A DNA stretch of 31,615 nucleotides from an uncultured virus (IMG/VR IMGVR_UViG_3300028805_000054) (Duplodnaviria; Heunggongvirae; Uroviricota; Caudoviricetes), in IMG/VR virus record IMGVR_UViG_3300028805_000054. One strand, written 5' to 3'. The translations under genes were made by a program, and so were the position numbers. Below, one piece after another: positions 9,559 to 18,051 of the stretch (the stretch's first letter is position 1; the number at the start of each line of letters is the position of its first letter). The notes below the pieces were generated by a model, which was given only the letters and a program-made list of their open reading frames with translations, searched no databases and had not been told where the DNA came from.

Positions 9559-11988
9559 TTAACGAATTAATAATAGTTCATTTGTAAATACATCACCCAT
9601 TATTTCTTGTCCGTAATCGCTTGGATGATTATCAACCTTCTCAATCTGGATTATAGATTTAGGAGTTGTGTTAATTTTACCCCAAAGGTCTATAATAGGT
9701 ATATTCCACTCTTCTTTCAGTAATCCAAATGCAGTCTTACCTTCTGTATATCTAAACTCACTATCAAGTAAGAATACCATCCTTGCTTTCGGGTTTAATT
9801 GATACATCTTGTCCATAAGGAATAGAAGAGCACCAAGGAATGTTGTGCGATGGCCTCTGAAATATCCAGGGTCTGAAGCATCATAATTTGGGTCTTCCTC
9901 TGATGGAGCGTCGTTGTATTTCCAATTATCCTTGTCAAAGGCATTCCAGTCTGTTAATGCAAAATTGTTATTATTAGGAGCAACTGCGAAAACCCACAAA
10001 TCAACATCAGCATTTGCAGCCGAGAAAACATTCTCAAATGTCTTATAGTATGAATTTACAGAACCTCCTGGAATCCATGTCGCTCCTGACGTTGGTACTG
10101 GTGTGCCGTCAATAGTAATATCTGTTTTGCCTGCTGCTCTTGCTGTTGCATAATCTGCGATAGACAAAGATGACGAACCATAAGACATGGGACTGAAAAC
10201 ACCATCCATCATTCTTCCATGTATAGCCAATCCTGGGACACAGGCAGGAACCACCTCTGCACCAAGATTATCAGCAGCAGTTTTGCCATAAGCATTATGA
10301 GCACCTGAACCAAAGGCAACTGATGTTCCTATAATACATATTTTCTTACCTCTCCACTGATTATTAATTGATGGAATGCTATTTTCAAAACTATGTAATT
10401 GAGTATAGGAATAGAAATATATGGCATTTTTTGATGGCATTTCATAAGTTATGCTAATATATTTTGCTCCAGCAGGCACTCTTAAATACGAATTTTGTCC
10501 ACTTCCCGTTGAGAAAGTAGAAATTGCCTTATTATCTGATAATGAGGCAACAAAGCCACCACCATTGACACCTACCGAAACAGTTCTTAAATCGAAATGT
10601 TCTACTCCTTTGCAGTTGAAATACAATGTGCCATAATCATTACCAGAAGAATCTACCTTTGTTTTTGTTCCTTTGTCCCATAGATGGTTGGGGTCTTCTG
10701 ACACAACATTGTCATAGGTGACAAGATTGAGTTTCAGATTTGATGTGTTAAGTTGAAGTTCATCAAACTGCTTCTTTAAATTTGCATTTATATATCCAAA
10801 CAATCCGACTCCGTTTCCATTAATCTTATACAGAGTTGGTGTTTTGGATATATTACCAGAGAACACATAATCACCTTCTTCTAAATAGAACAATGGTGAA
10901 CAGTTATGTGATATGTCATCATTTGCAGATTCCTCACTTACAATCGGTTTGTAACTATCAGTACTTAACTTGACAGAAACTAAGGCTATTTCATTGTTAT
11001 ACCCCCCAAGGTTGTCAAAGAAGTAATAACCACTATTCATGTGAATAGGCTCTGTATAACCATAGAAAGGTGCAACGCGTCCAGATAGAACACCCGTTTT
11101 CATTACATATTTCCCAGTATTAGCGAATGTAACAGCAACACTTGTCAGGTCAGACTCTTTTATTCCAAAGAATCTTAATGCGTTATATGCACCACCACTT
11201 GTTATCAGTTTGTCACTGTTTTCGATAGGCTGGTTTACGATATTTTGATAAATCCTTGATACGAACCCAGCAAGATTTTTTATCTGGTTGACCTTATACA
11301 ATTTAGGATTGTGGCCAATATACCCGCTGAAAACATAAGTTCCATCTTTAACATAGAATATACAAGATGTATCGTATGCTATTGCTACTGTCGTTGGGTT
11401 CGTATCAATTATCTGTGGCACATAACTACTACCAACTTTCTTTGAAACAACAGCAATCTCGCCCATGAATCCATAAATAGACTCAAAGAAATAGACCCCT
11501 TCTGTTAATTGGACATCTTCAGAATAAGAGAACATATTCGAGCCATTTCTTTTTGTTCCATTTTTATCAATATAGTGACCTGTGTTATTGCTGAAATTCA
11601 ATGTGACTTCTTCCAGATTAGAGTCACTGATACCAATCAGTCGAACATCATTCTCTTCTTGCCAATTTGTAACATCGAGGAATGGGTTCGGGTTTCCTGT
11701 TGTAGCAATACCAGTATATCTATATTGTACATACTTATTGTCAGAACTCTGTACATATCTGATTGTCATTCCTCCCTTTTGTTTGGCCTGAGGAACTGCG
11801 GCAAGAGCTAAAGACAGAGTTGAATATTTAGCCAAAGTAGGAGGAGTACCAGAGGCATTGTATTCGGAAATATCAAAAATATCATTTATAACGCCGACAA
11901 CACTTCCATCCCTATTTACAAGACCTTCTGTACAAGCTAGGGGATAAAAAGTTTCGCCGTTTCTAGTTAAATTTCTTATTTCACTCAT
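9559..11988 (-). CDS. Receptor-binding/tailspike-like paralog E: conserved N-terminus, two ~150-aa repeats, C-terminal SGNH-like hydrolase
   Basis: Shared N-terminus; duplicated NTGxY...EIAxVS...FYxxxGxYVFSGxI...PxLYK; GTSVA, PNN and DNHP blocks. Confidence 0.75.
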   Translation of the reverse strand: MSEIRNLTRNGETFYPLACTEGLVNRDGSVVGVINDIFDISEYNASGTPPTLAKYSTLSLALAAVPQAKQKGGMTIRYVQSSDNKYVQYRYTGIATTGNPNPFLDVTNWQEENDVRLIGISDSNLEEVTLNFSNNTGHYIDKNGTKRNGSNMFSYSEDVQLTEGVYFFESIYGFMGEIAVVSKKVGSSYVPQIIDTNPTTVAIAYDTSCIFYVKDGTYVFSGYIGHNPKLYKVNQIKNLAGFVSRIYQNIVNQPIENSDKLITSGGAYNALRFFGIKESDLTSVAVTFANTGKYVMKTGVLSGRVAPFYGYTEPIHMNSGYYFFDNLGGYNNEIALVSVKLSTDSYKPIVSEESANDDISHNCSPLFYLEEGDYVFSGNISKTPTLYKINGNGVGLFGYINANLKKQFDELQLNTSNLKLNLVTYDNVVSEDPNHLWDKGTKTKVDSSGNDYGTLYFNCKGVEHFDLRTVSVGVNGGGFVASLSDNKAISTFSTGSGQNSYLRVPAGAKYISITYEMPSKNAIYFYSYTQLHSFENSIPSINNQWRGKKICIIGTSVAFGSGAHNAYGKTAADNLGAEVVPACVPGLAIHGRMMDGVFSPMSYGSSSLSIADYATARAAGKTDITIDGTPVPTSGATWIPGGSVNSYYKTFENVFSAANADVDLWVFAVAPNNNNFALTDWNAFDKDNWKYNDAPSEEDPNYDASDPGYFRGHRTTFLGALLFLMDKMYQLNPKARMVFLLDSEFRYTEGKTAFGLLKEEWNIPIIDLWGKINTTPKSIIQIEKVDNHPSDYGQEIMGDVFTNELLLIR

Positions 11989-12054
11989 ATCATAATCAAA
12001 ATTTTTAACATAAAGTCATAATCTCTAAAATCATGACCATTGGAATTAAACCCT
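11972..12054 (-). repeat. 83-bp inverted repeat, right copy (partner 6626-6708)
   Basis: Exact reverse complement of 6626-6708; 13-bp core at 12042-12054. Confidence 0.95.
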
Positions 12055-12091
12055 CCTTTATTTCCCCGGTCATTATTTCCTTATATTTGTA
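12052..12091 (+). promoter_or_regulatory. 40-bp promoter-containing repeat (inverted partner 17061-17100)
   Basis: 39/40 identical to the reverse complement of 17061-17100; contains CCTTATATTTG (TAnnTTTG) just upstream of the ATG at 12095. Confidence 0.75.
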
Positions 12092-12094
12092 GAT

Positions 12095-12676
12095 ATGTTA
12101 GCATGGATATGGATTTATGAAGAAGGACGTATAAAAGTAAAATTTGATACTCTCTACTACTATCTTCATGTATTTTCGCCATATAAAAGTGATTTTCCAA
12201 GTAGTATGTTAAGGTGGAGAATTATAGAGAACACATGTAGTAGAATAGATAAGAACTTAGGACAATTGATAAAAACAGATTATAGGAATTTAGACATAGA
12301 TGAAATATATAGAGTCATTTTTGTTGGAGCTCCTATATCGGAAAGAGAAGTAAGAGAACGTGAATATCTTAGTGTTAAACAGAGGGATTTGAGGGCTTCA
12401 CTTTTTAGATATAATTATATGTTTGAATTAATAATAGAAAATTGTGTTGGAGTCTCCATATGGAAGAGATTACCTTGGAGGAATCAGCACAAAAAGAAAG
12501 ATGCTGTCAAATGGATAAGAAGTGCTAAAATAATTCATGATGGTGTTATACGTTGTTATACTCGCACGCCTTACACTAATATTTTGATTCCTTTCTTTGA
12601 TTTCTTATGGTACTTGAAAGAGGAGGGACAAGAAGATAAGGTAGTAGAGATAATAATAAGTATTTCACCTTTTTAA
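12095..12676 (+). CDS. Hypothetical protein
   Basis: 193-aa ORF directly downstream of the promoter motif. Confidence 0.7.
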   Translation: MLAWIWIYEEGRIKVKFDTLYYYLHVFSPYKSDFPSSMLRWRIIENTCSRIDKNLGQLIKTDYRNLDIDEIYRVIFVGAPISEREVREREYLSVKQRDLRASLFRYNYMFELIIENCVGVSIWKRLPWRNQHKKKDAVKWIRSAKIIHDGVIRCYTRTPYTNILIPFFDFLWYLKEEGQEDKVVEIIISISPF

Positions 12677-12704
12677 TTCCTTATTTATATATGAAAAGTG
12701 GATT

Positions 12705-13532
12705 ATGAAAAATTTACTGGAGTTTTATGAAGAATCAGTAAAGTTAGGACCTGATATACCAAACCATATTGAGATTGTGGAAGATTACTGCAATAAGGTG
12801 AAGAAATTTGAATCTATGCCAATCTTAAAGAACATCTACTCACGAACTCTTCCAGATATATCAAATTATTGTGGCTCAAGGTTAGATTATTTTGAGTCGA
12901 TAAATGGGAATAAGGTGGTGATGTGTAAGGATTATATTGGCATCATTGACCTCTGGTTTCCCTCTGAGAGACCACTATTCGACTTAACCTCTCCCATCTT
13001 ATCTGGTTGGTTAGTATCAGAAATAATATGTGCAGGAGGATTGACTGGAATAGAAGAAGTTATACAGTACCCCTCCCTCTTAGATCAAACTTTCGAAAAC
13101 CTAAAGAAAACCTTAATCGGAACTACGGTATGGGGATTTTGGTTAGGAGATCAGAGAAGAGGAACCAGGAAGAGAGGAATAAAGATCAGGGAGTTGGAGA
13201 TCAAGGAGGTTAATGATCCAAAGTATTATGGTATTTATCCTCTAGAAACTGTCCTTTATGATAAGCGAGAGAGGGTAGATCTGAGGTTTGAGATTAATGG
13301 AGATTATAAGGGTTGGAATTTTTATCTCTCCAAGGAATTATTAAAGACTAAGTTGGAGGAGTTAGAGATTTTATGGACCCGGGGATATGATGATCGAGTT
13401 AGGGGTTTTGATTTTGAGATTAAGAAGAAAACGAAAGAGCTTGAGAACCTTAAAGATGAGAGAAACAAATATGAAAATGGAATCGAAGAATTTAGAAAAA
13501 AGATACACGAGAAATTATGGAAAAGCTTTTAG
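12705..13532 (+). CDS. Hypothetical protein with C-terminal coiled coil
   Basis: 275-aa ORF overlapping the next gene; charged helical C-terminus. Confidence 0.75.
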   Translation: MKNLLEFYEESVKLGPDIPNHIEIVEDYCNKVKKFESMPILKNIYSRTLPDISNYCGSRLDYFESINGNKVVMCKDYIGIIDLWFPSERPLFDLTSPILSGWLVSEIICAGGLTGIEEVIQYPSLLDQTFENLKKTLIGTTVWGFWLGDQRRGTRKRGIKIRELEIKEVNDPKYYGIYPLETVLYDKRERVDLRFEINGDYKGWNFYLSKELLKTKLEELEILWTRGYDDRVRGFDFEIKKKTKELENLKDERNKYENGIEEFRKKIHEKLWKSF

Positions 13533-14596
13533 ATTTTGTTGATATTGCTTTAATCCCATCTGAAAAGAATGGTGGGGTTGGGAAGTATGATTTTGGAGTG
13601 GCTGATCTTGTAGATAAAACCAATAGTCTCCCAATCTTCACTTCGCCGATGGATTCGATAGTGAGTGAGCAAAATTGGAAGGTATGGGCAGATCAAGGTA
13701 TAAGGCCAATTCTTCCACGTACTACTCCCCTAGAAATCCGGCTTGAAGGTTGTCAATACATTTTCGCCGCATTCTCCTTGAAAGAAGTAGCGGAAAATTT
13801 CTTATCACGAAGACCATCAGGGAGCGGACCTTTCAGAGTTTGTATAGATCCTGGAAATGGTCATGATACTAAGTTATTCGAGATTGGAAAGGCCTTAAAA
13901 GCAGCATACGGACCTGGCATAAATTTGATGGGTGGTAATATAGGAAATCCAAAAACCTACTCTGAATATTGTAAGACTGGTTTTGATTATGTTCGGGTAG
14001 GTATGACAGGAGGTTCTTTGGTAAATCATTCAGCTCATGGTTTTGCTTATCCTCAGGCTTCTCTCTTAATTGATACATTGGGAATAAAAAATACATCTCT
14101 TATGGGCTTGAAGCATACAAAGATAGTGTCAGATGGTGGTATTACAGGTCCAGTCGATATTCTGAAGGCTATAGCACTTGGAGCAGATTATGTCATGGTA
14201 GGTCGTGAATTTGCTAAACTTGTGGAGGCAGCTGGACAGATCATGAGAAAGAATGAAGATGGTGTGTTAGAGCCAATTGAGAAGAGTGAGATGGCTGCAA
14301 ACCTGACTGAAGAAGAGTTGAGAATGTCTGGACTTGTTAGATTATATGCTGGAAATACGACCTACGAGATGCAAGCTAAGCGAGGAGGTTTTGAGGATAT
14401 TCATGATTGGCTTGGAGCTCCTGGTATGAAAAGAAATATGTCAGATGCACGAGTCGACACAGTTAAGGTAGTGAGGACTCTGAAAACTTGGATGGAGGAT
14501 ATGTATCAAACTCTTAACTACGGCTTCACTATGTCTGGAGCTAAAGATTGGGAGACGTTCAAATCTAATGTGCGTTATGTCAGAGTCCAAATCTAA
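13517..14596 (+). CDS. GMP reductase/IMPDH-family TIM-barrel protein, divergent active-site loop
   Basis: PIFTSPMDSIV, CIDPGNGH, GGNI, DYVRVGMTGGS, YPQ, IVSDGGI...DILKAIALGADYVMVG. Confidence 0.85.
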   Translation: MEKLLDFVDIALIPSEKNGGVGKYDFGVADLVDKTNSLPIFTSPMDSIVSEQNWKVWADQGIRPILPRTTPLEIRLEGCQYIFAAFSLKEVAENFLSRRPSGSGPFRVCIDPGNGHDTKLFEIGKALKAAYGPGINLMGGNIGNPKTYSEYCKTGFDYVRVGMTGGSLVNHSAHGFAYPQASLLIDTLGIKNTSLMGLKHTKIVSDGGITGPVDILKAIALGADYVMVGREFAKLVEAAGQIMRKNEDGVLEPIEKSEMAANLTEEELRMSGLVRLYAGNTTYEMQAKRGGFEDIHDWLGAPGMKRNMSDARVDTVKVVRTLKTWMEDMYQTLNYGFTMSGAKDWETFKSNVRYVRVQI

Positions 14597-14957
14597 AACT
14601 GGCTCTGATCGTACTACGCGTAAAACCGGAAGTACTAAAATCTGGAAAGTTACCTCACCCGATTCCCCTGAGATATTTTGGGTAAGAGGAAGAACAAGGG
14701 CAGAAGTTAAAAAACATCTTCGCCATTTCTTCAGGTCGGACAGCTACTGGGAAGGAGAACCACAGGAAGATCTCGCCCATGATATTTTCAAGTCTTATTG
14801 TGAGAGCGGAAGCCTTATCGATTGTCCGGGTTTCAGAGTGGATGATAGCAGAGGGGATGTGTTGTACTCCTTAACAGATCCTTCGAAAGATTGGATTGAT
14901 AGAGATGTTTCGGAAAGGGATAAGAAAAAGGAAGAAAAAGTTATACAGAATAGTTAG
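14568..14957 (+). CDS. Hypothetical protein
   Basis: 129-aa ORF in the operon; true start may be the MSESK Met. Confidence 0.65.
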   Translation: MCVMSESKSKTGSDRTTRKTGSTKIWKVTSPDSPEIFWVRGRTRAEVKKHLRHFFRSDSYWEGEPQEDLAHDIFKSYCESGSLIDCPGFRVDDSRGDVLYSLTDPSKDWIDRDVSERDKKKEEKVIQNS

Positions 14958-15075
14958 TCTATTAAGTAGTAGCAATGGAATTTATGAAACATATATTTGG
15001 AGAACTAGTGTGAATCCAAGGTTGAAGAAAGAAGTGACTGAGTTTTGTTGCACGATTCAGGAGTTTAAAGAATGA
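14905..15075 (+). CDS. Small basic protein, GxRKR...WRT family (copy 1)
   Basis: 56 aa, MFRKGIRKRKKKLYRIV...YIWRTSV..., below the ORF-track cutoff; ATGA overlap with the gene at 15072. Confidence 0.65.
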   Translation: MFRKGIRKRKKKLYRIVSLLSSSNGIYETYIWRTSVNPRLKKEVTEFCCTIQEFKE

Positions 15076-15278
15076 AAACACTAGAAAGAGGACCACGCAA
15101 GAGAGGGAAGAAATTGTACAGGTTTAAACAGCTCCTAAACTTCTATGGCCCTCCTTTCTTTATATGGCGAACTAGGATAGACGTGGAAGAAAGAAGAATC
15201 CTGAGTTTAGCCGGATTTCAGATTACAAACGTGCCAAAAGAAAAAGAAGACTTATGGATATCAAAATCAAAGGAGTAA
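15072..15278 (+). CDS. Small basic protein, GxRKR...WRT family (copy 2)
   Basis: RGPRKRGKKLYRF...GPPFFIWRT. Confidence 0.7.
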   Translation: MKTLERGPRKRGKKLYRFKQLLNFYGPPFFIWRTRIDVEERRILSLAGFQITNVPKEKEDLWISKSKE

Positions 15279-15463
15279 GAAAGAGATGTCGAGTTTTATG
15301 GGAGGTTAAACCATTAAATCATTCAGGACCAATACTTAGATTTTGGAGGACAGGCAAATATAGTATAACTAGAGAAACAATGATAGCAGCAGGATTGGAC
15401 GTGAATAGATATGGAGCTGAAACAAGACAACTTACTTTTTATAGGATTAGGAAGAAAACTTAA
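15254..15463 (+). CDS. Small basic protein, GxRKR...WRT family (copy 3)
   Basis: KGVRKRCRVLWEV...GPILRFWRT; followed by a hairpin and T-tract terminator. Confidence 0.7.
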   Translation: MDIKIKGVRKRCRVLWEVKPLNHSGPILRFWRTGKYSITRETMIAAGLDVNRYGAETRQLTFYRIRKKT

Positions 15464-15882
15464 TCCTATTTTTTTTTCAAGCGGGATCTAACACACAACG
15501 GAGACACAAACACTATAGAAGAAACGCAAAAAAAAAATACGGCCGTGAGAAAAATTGCGTTGAGGATTATAGTGTGAGAAGAAAAGGCTTGAAGAAAACA
15601 CGAGAATTACCGTTATTATAATCCGTAAAATAACGTAAAATGTCTAGGATTTTACTTTTAACTTAACCTGCTCCACCAAAAGATCCTCGTGTGAAAACCA
15701 AGCCAGATTCATTTCCCGTTGTAATTTCCCCGCTTGTTTCCCTTATATACGTAACAATGTCAGAAGAAAACTATGAGAAATGAAAAGATTTGGAGTCGAG
15801 TGTTAGTAAATTTCAAAGATAATTTACGCTATTGTCGAGGAACGAGAAATTACGAAACGCAGAACGAAGAGGAGGCGAAGTC

Positions 15883-16353
15883 ATGAGCAGAATCGCAGTG
15901 GATTTTGATGGTGTATGTGTTGTTGCCCTCCCTGAATCTGGCAAACCGATAGAAGCTGATACTGGTGCTGCTGAAGTTTTGGGAGATCTGGTTAAAGCGG
16001 GTCATTCTTTGATACTCTGGACTTGTAGAAATGATGACCCTGGAAATCCGTATAATTGGGTGGATGGGAAATTAAGAGAGGAAACAAGTCTAGGGGAAGC
16101 GGTGAGATGGTTTCAAGAACATGGAATACCGCTGGAAGGAATAAATGGATGGGAAGGAGAAGACCGGTTAATAGGAAAATCACGAAAATCATTGTTCGAC
16201 TACCTAATTGATGATACTTCGGTGGGAACAAAATATAAGGTTGGTGAGGTGGAATATGTAAGCTATGAAACCGGCGAAATAAAGAGGACCCGAACATTCT
16301 GCATCGATTGGGAGTGGATGAGAAGTGAGTTACAAAATTTGGGACTATTGTAA
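15883..16353 (+). CDS. HAD-superfamily phosphatase-like protein
   Basis: IAVDFDGV (motif I), LILWTCR (motif II), K...YLIDD (motifs III/IV). ATG at 15883 preferred over TTG at 15832. Confidence 0.8.
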   Translation: MSRIAVDFDGVCVVALPESGKPIEADTGAAEVLGDLVKAGHSLILWTCRNDDPGNPYNWVDGKLREETSLGEAVRWFQEHGIPLEGINGWEGEDRLIGKSRKSLFDYLIDDTSVGTKYKVGEVEYVSYETGEIKRTRTFCIDWEWMRSELQNLGLL

Positions 16354-16406
16354 CGGAAGAAGAATTAGGCCTATTATGAACGGCGAGAACAAAATAAAAA
16401 GGATAA

Positions 16407-16748
16407 CTATAATTGTTTATCCTTTATTTTATTTTTTAATTCTTCCAAAATTCTAGAATAATAATAATCTCCAGACTTAATATACTTATCAAGCCATTTT
16501 ATTAACATTTCTTTTGATATTGAGAATGATTCTAGATACTCCTCCCAAAGATTTAGTTCTGGCTTCTTAGTTATTTTTCCCGTTGAGTTGTAAAGAAAGG
16601 AGTTCATAAAAATAATTTCAATCTTTCCACTCTTTCTCTTATTTCCAACTTTATTATTTGGTTTTATTCCAGATACTACCAATATATCCTGAAAGAAAAA
16701 TTTAAATGTATAATAATTATCACTACTAATATTATAATAAATTTTCAT
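16407..16748 (-). CDS. Hypothetical protein, probable paralog of the adjacent ORF
   Basis: Shares GNKR(K/R) and FxI(S/T)xxxL(I/V)KW with 16732-17058. Confidence 0.65.
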   Translation of the reverse strand: MKIYYNISSDNYYTFKFFFQDILVVSGIKPNNKVGNKRKSGKIEIIFMNSFLYNSTGKITKKPELNLWEEYLESFSISKEMLIKWLDKYIKSGDYYYSRILEELKNKIKDKQL

Positions 16749-17058
16749 AATCTTTCTTTACTTTCATTATCCAACCTATGTCATCCAAACTTGCCACTTG
16801 ATCTAGACTTACTCTCCCGATCCACTTTACCAACTCTTTCTCTGTGATTTCAAAATAAGGGAGACCATCAAGCTTTATTCCTATCTCAAGCTCTACAAAA
16901 CGAGGATGAAGAAATTTTGATCTTAAGCTTCCTCTCCTTTTATTCCCCGGCAAAAATTCTATCGACTTTATGACAAATTGATATGGAGGAACGGAGATAA
17001 GAAATAATATAATCTTAGATTCTTTATACTTCGTCGTCGTCCAAAATACTTTAATCAT
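16732..17058 (-). CDS. Hypothetical protein
   Basis: Start re-assigned to ATG 17058 (MIKVFW), which directly follows the promoter repeat at 17061-17100. Confidence 0.65.
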   Translation of the reverse strand: MIKVFWTTTKYKESKIILFLISVPPYQFVIKSIEFLPGNKRRGSLRSKFLHPRFVELEIGIKLDGLPYFEITEKELVKWIGRVSLDQVASLDDIGWIMKVKKDYENLL

Positions 17059-17060
17059 AT

Positions 17061-17100
17061 TACAAATATAAGGAAATAATGACTGGGGAAATAAAGGAGG
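17061..17100 (-). promoter_or_regulatory. 40-bp promoter-containing repeat (inverted partner 12052-12091)
   Basis: 39/40 match to its partner; contains a TAnnTTTG box. Confidence 0.75.
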
Positions 17101-17299
17101 AAATGGTTGGTGGAAAGTAAATCCAATTAGTCTCACACGATCCAATAAACGATTTAACTTACAACGTCTTTTCACTCTCTTTGCAACACGTCTAGAATAC
17201 CCTTTTGATAAGTTTGGGGAGAGAAATCAGAAGTTAATATGGGAGCAAAAGTTTGAAGTGGATGAAGAGAAGGTAAGAAAAAAATTTAGAGCAGCAGTT

Positions 17300-18030
17300 G
17301 AGAGTTAGACCCCGAAATATGACCGCAGGGAATATCGAGGAGGTCTTTTCTTTTTGTTCTCTCTTTTATCATAAAGGCTATAACAAAAGCTGTAACAGGT
17401 GCTTATGCTTTTTACGTTAACACTCGTCTTCGACAAAGCATAATGATGAGGTTAAGCCTTCCCATGGCCATTCCAAAGTTGTCCAGAAATTGCTCTCTGC
17501 GTTTACACTTCGCTCACAATTTTGGTCAGACTTTGTCAAACCCTTAACCTCTCTTCAATTTTTCGTTTCACTCCTAATTGAAGAAAACCCTAATTCCTTT
17601 TATTCAATTTTTTAAAAACTGCCTTGATCTTGAAAAAGCTATGATCTATCCACACAAGGGCTTTACGCCATCTTGTGTATTCTCTTATAGCTTTGGTCTT
17701 ATGAAAGGCAGAATCATAGAACAACCAGAAAAAATATTATGTGCCACCCAAAGTATGTTTTCTCGCCGAAGGCATGGTCTCTATACTTTGCCCACCCACA
17801 TAATAAAAATATCTGGTTGTAATTTTCTTATTTCTTATTTTAAACACTCTTATAGCCGCAATTTCGATTCTAGAAGTAAATTAAGAAAACTCTCTTATAA
17901 AACCTTAAAATCCTAATATGTGTAAAGAAGATTGGCTCTTAATGGCCAAAAGAGTAAGAGAGCTGTACAGTTAAAATCTGCGCAGCGGATTTTGTGAGAG
18001 ACTGTGCTGTTAAGCCTGGCTCTCATCGTT
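17300..18030. other. Hairpin-dense non-coding region; candidate replication origin or structured RNA
   Basis: Stems at 17403-11/17435-43, 17448-56/17543-51, 17552-60/17576-84, 17723-29/17812-18, 17736-43/17797-804 and 17749-56/17783-90; repeated TCTTAT; directly upstream of the helicase. Confidence 0.4.
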
Positions 18031-18051
18031 TCAAGACAATAATAAATTAAT

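Noticed and set aside
1586..11811. Short ORFs nested within the four paralogs
   Set aside because: They are antisense or off-frame shadows of long coding sequences.
897..12054. Diversity-generating retroelement or CRISPR array as the explanation for the repeats
   Set aside because: No reverse transcriptase, no template/variable repeat pair with adenine-specific mismatches seen, and no regularly spaced repeat-spacer array.
17578..17916. 112-aa ORF on the plus strand
   Set aside because: TTG start, no recognisable protein character, and it overlies a dense hairpin region; probably non-coding.
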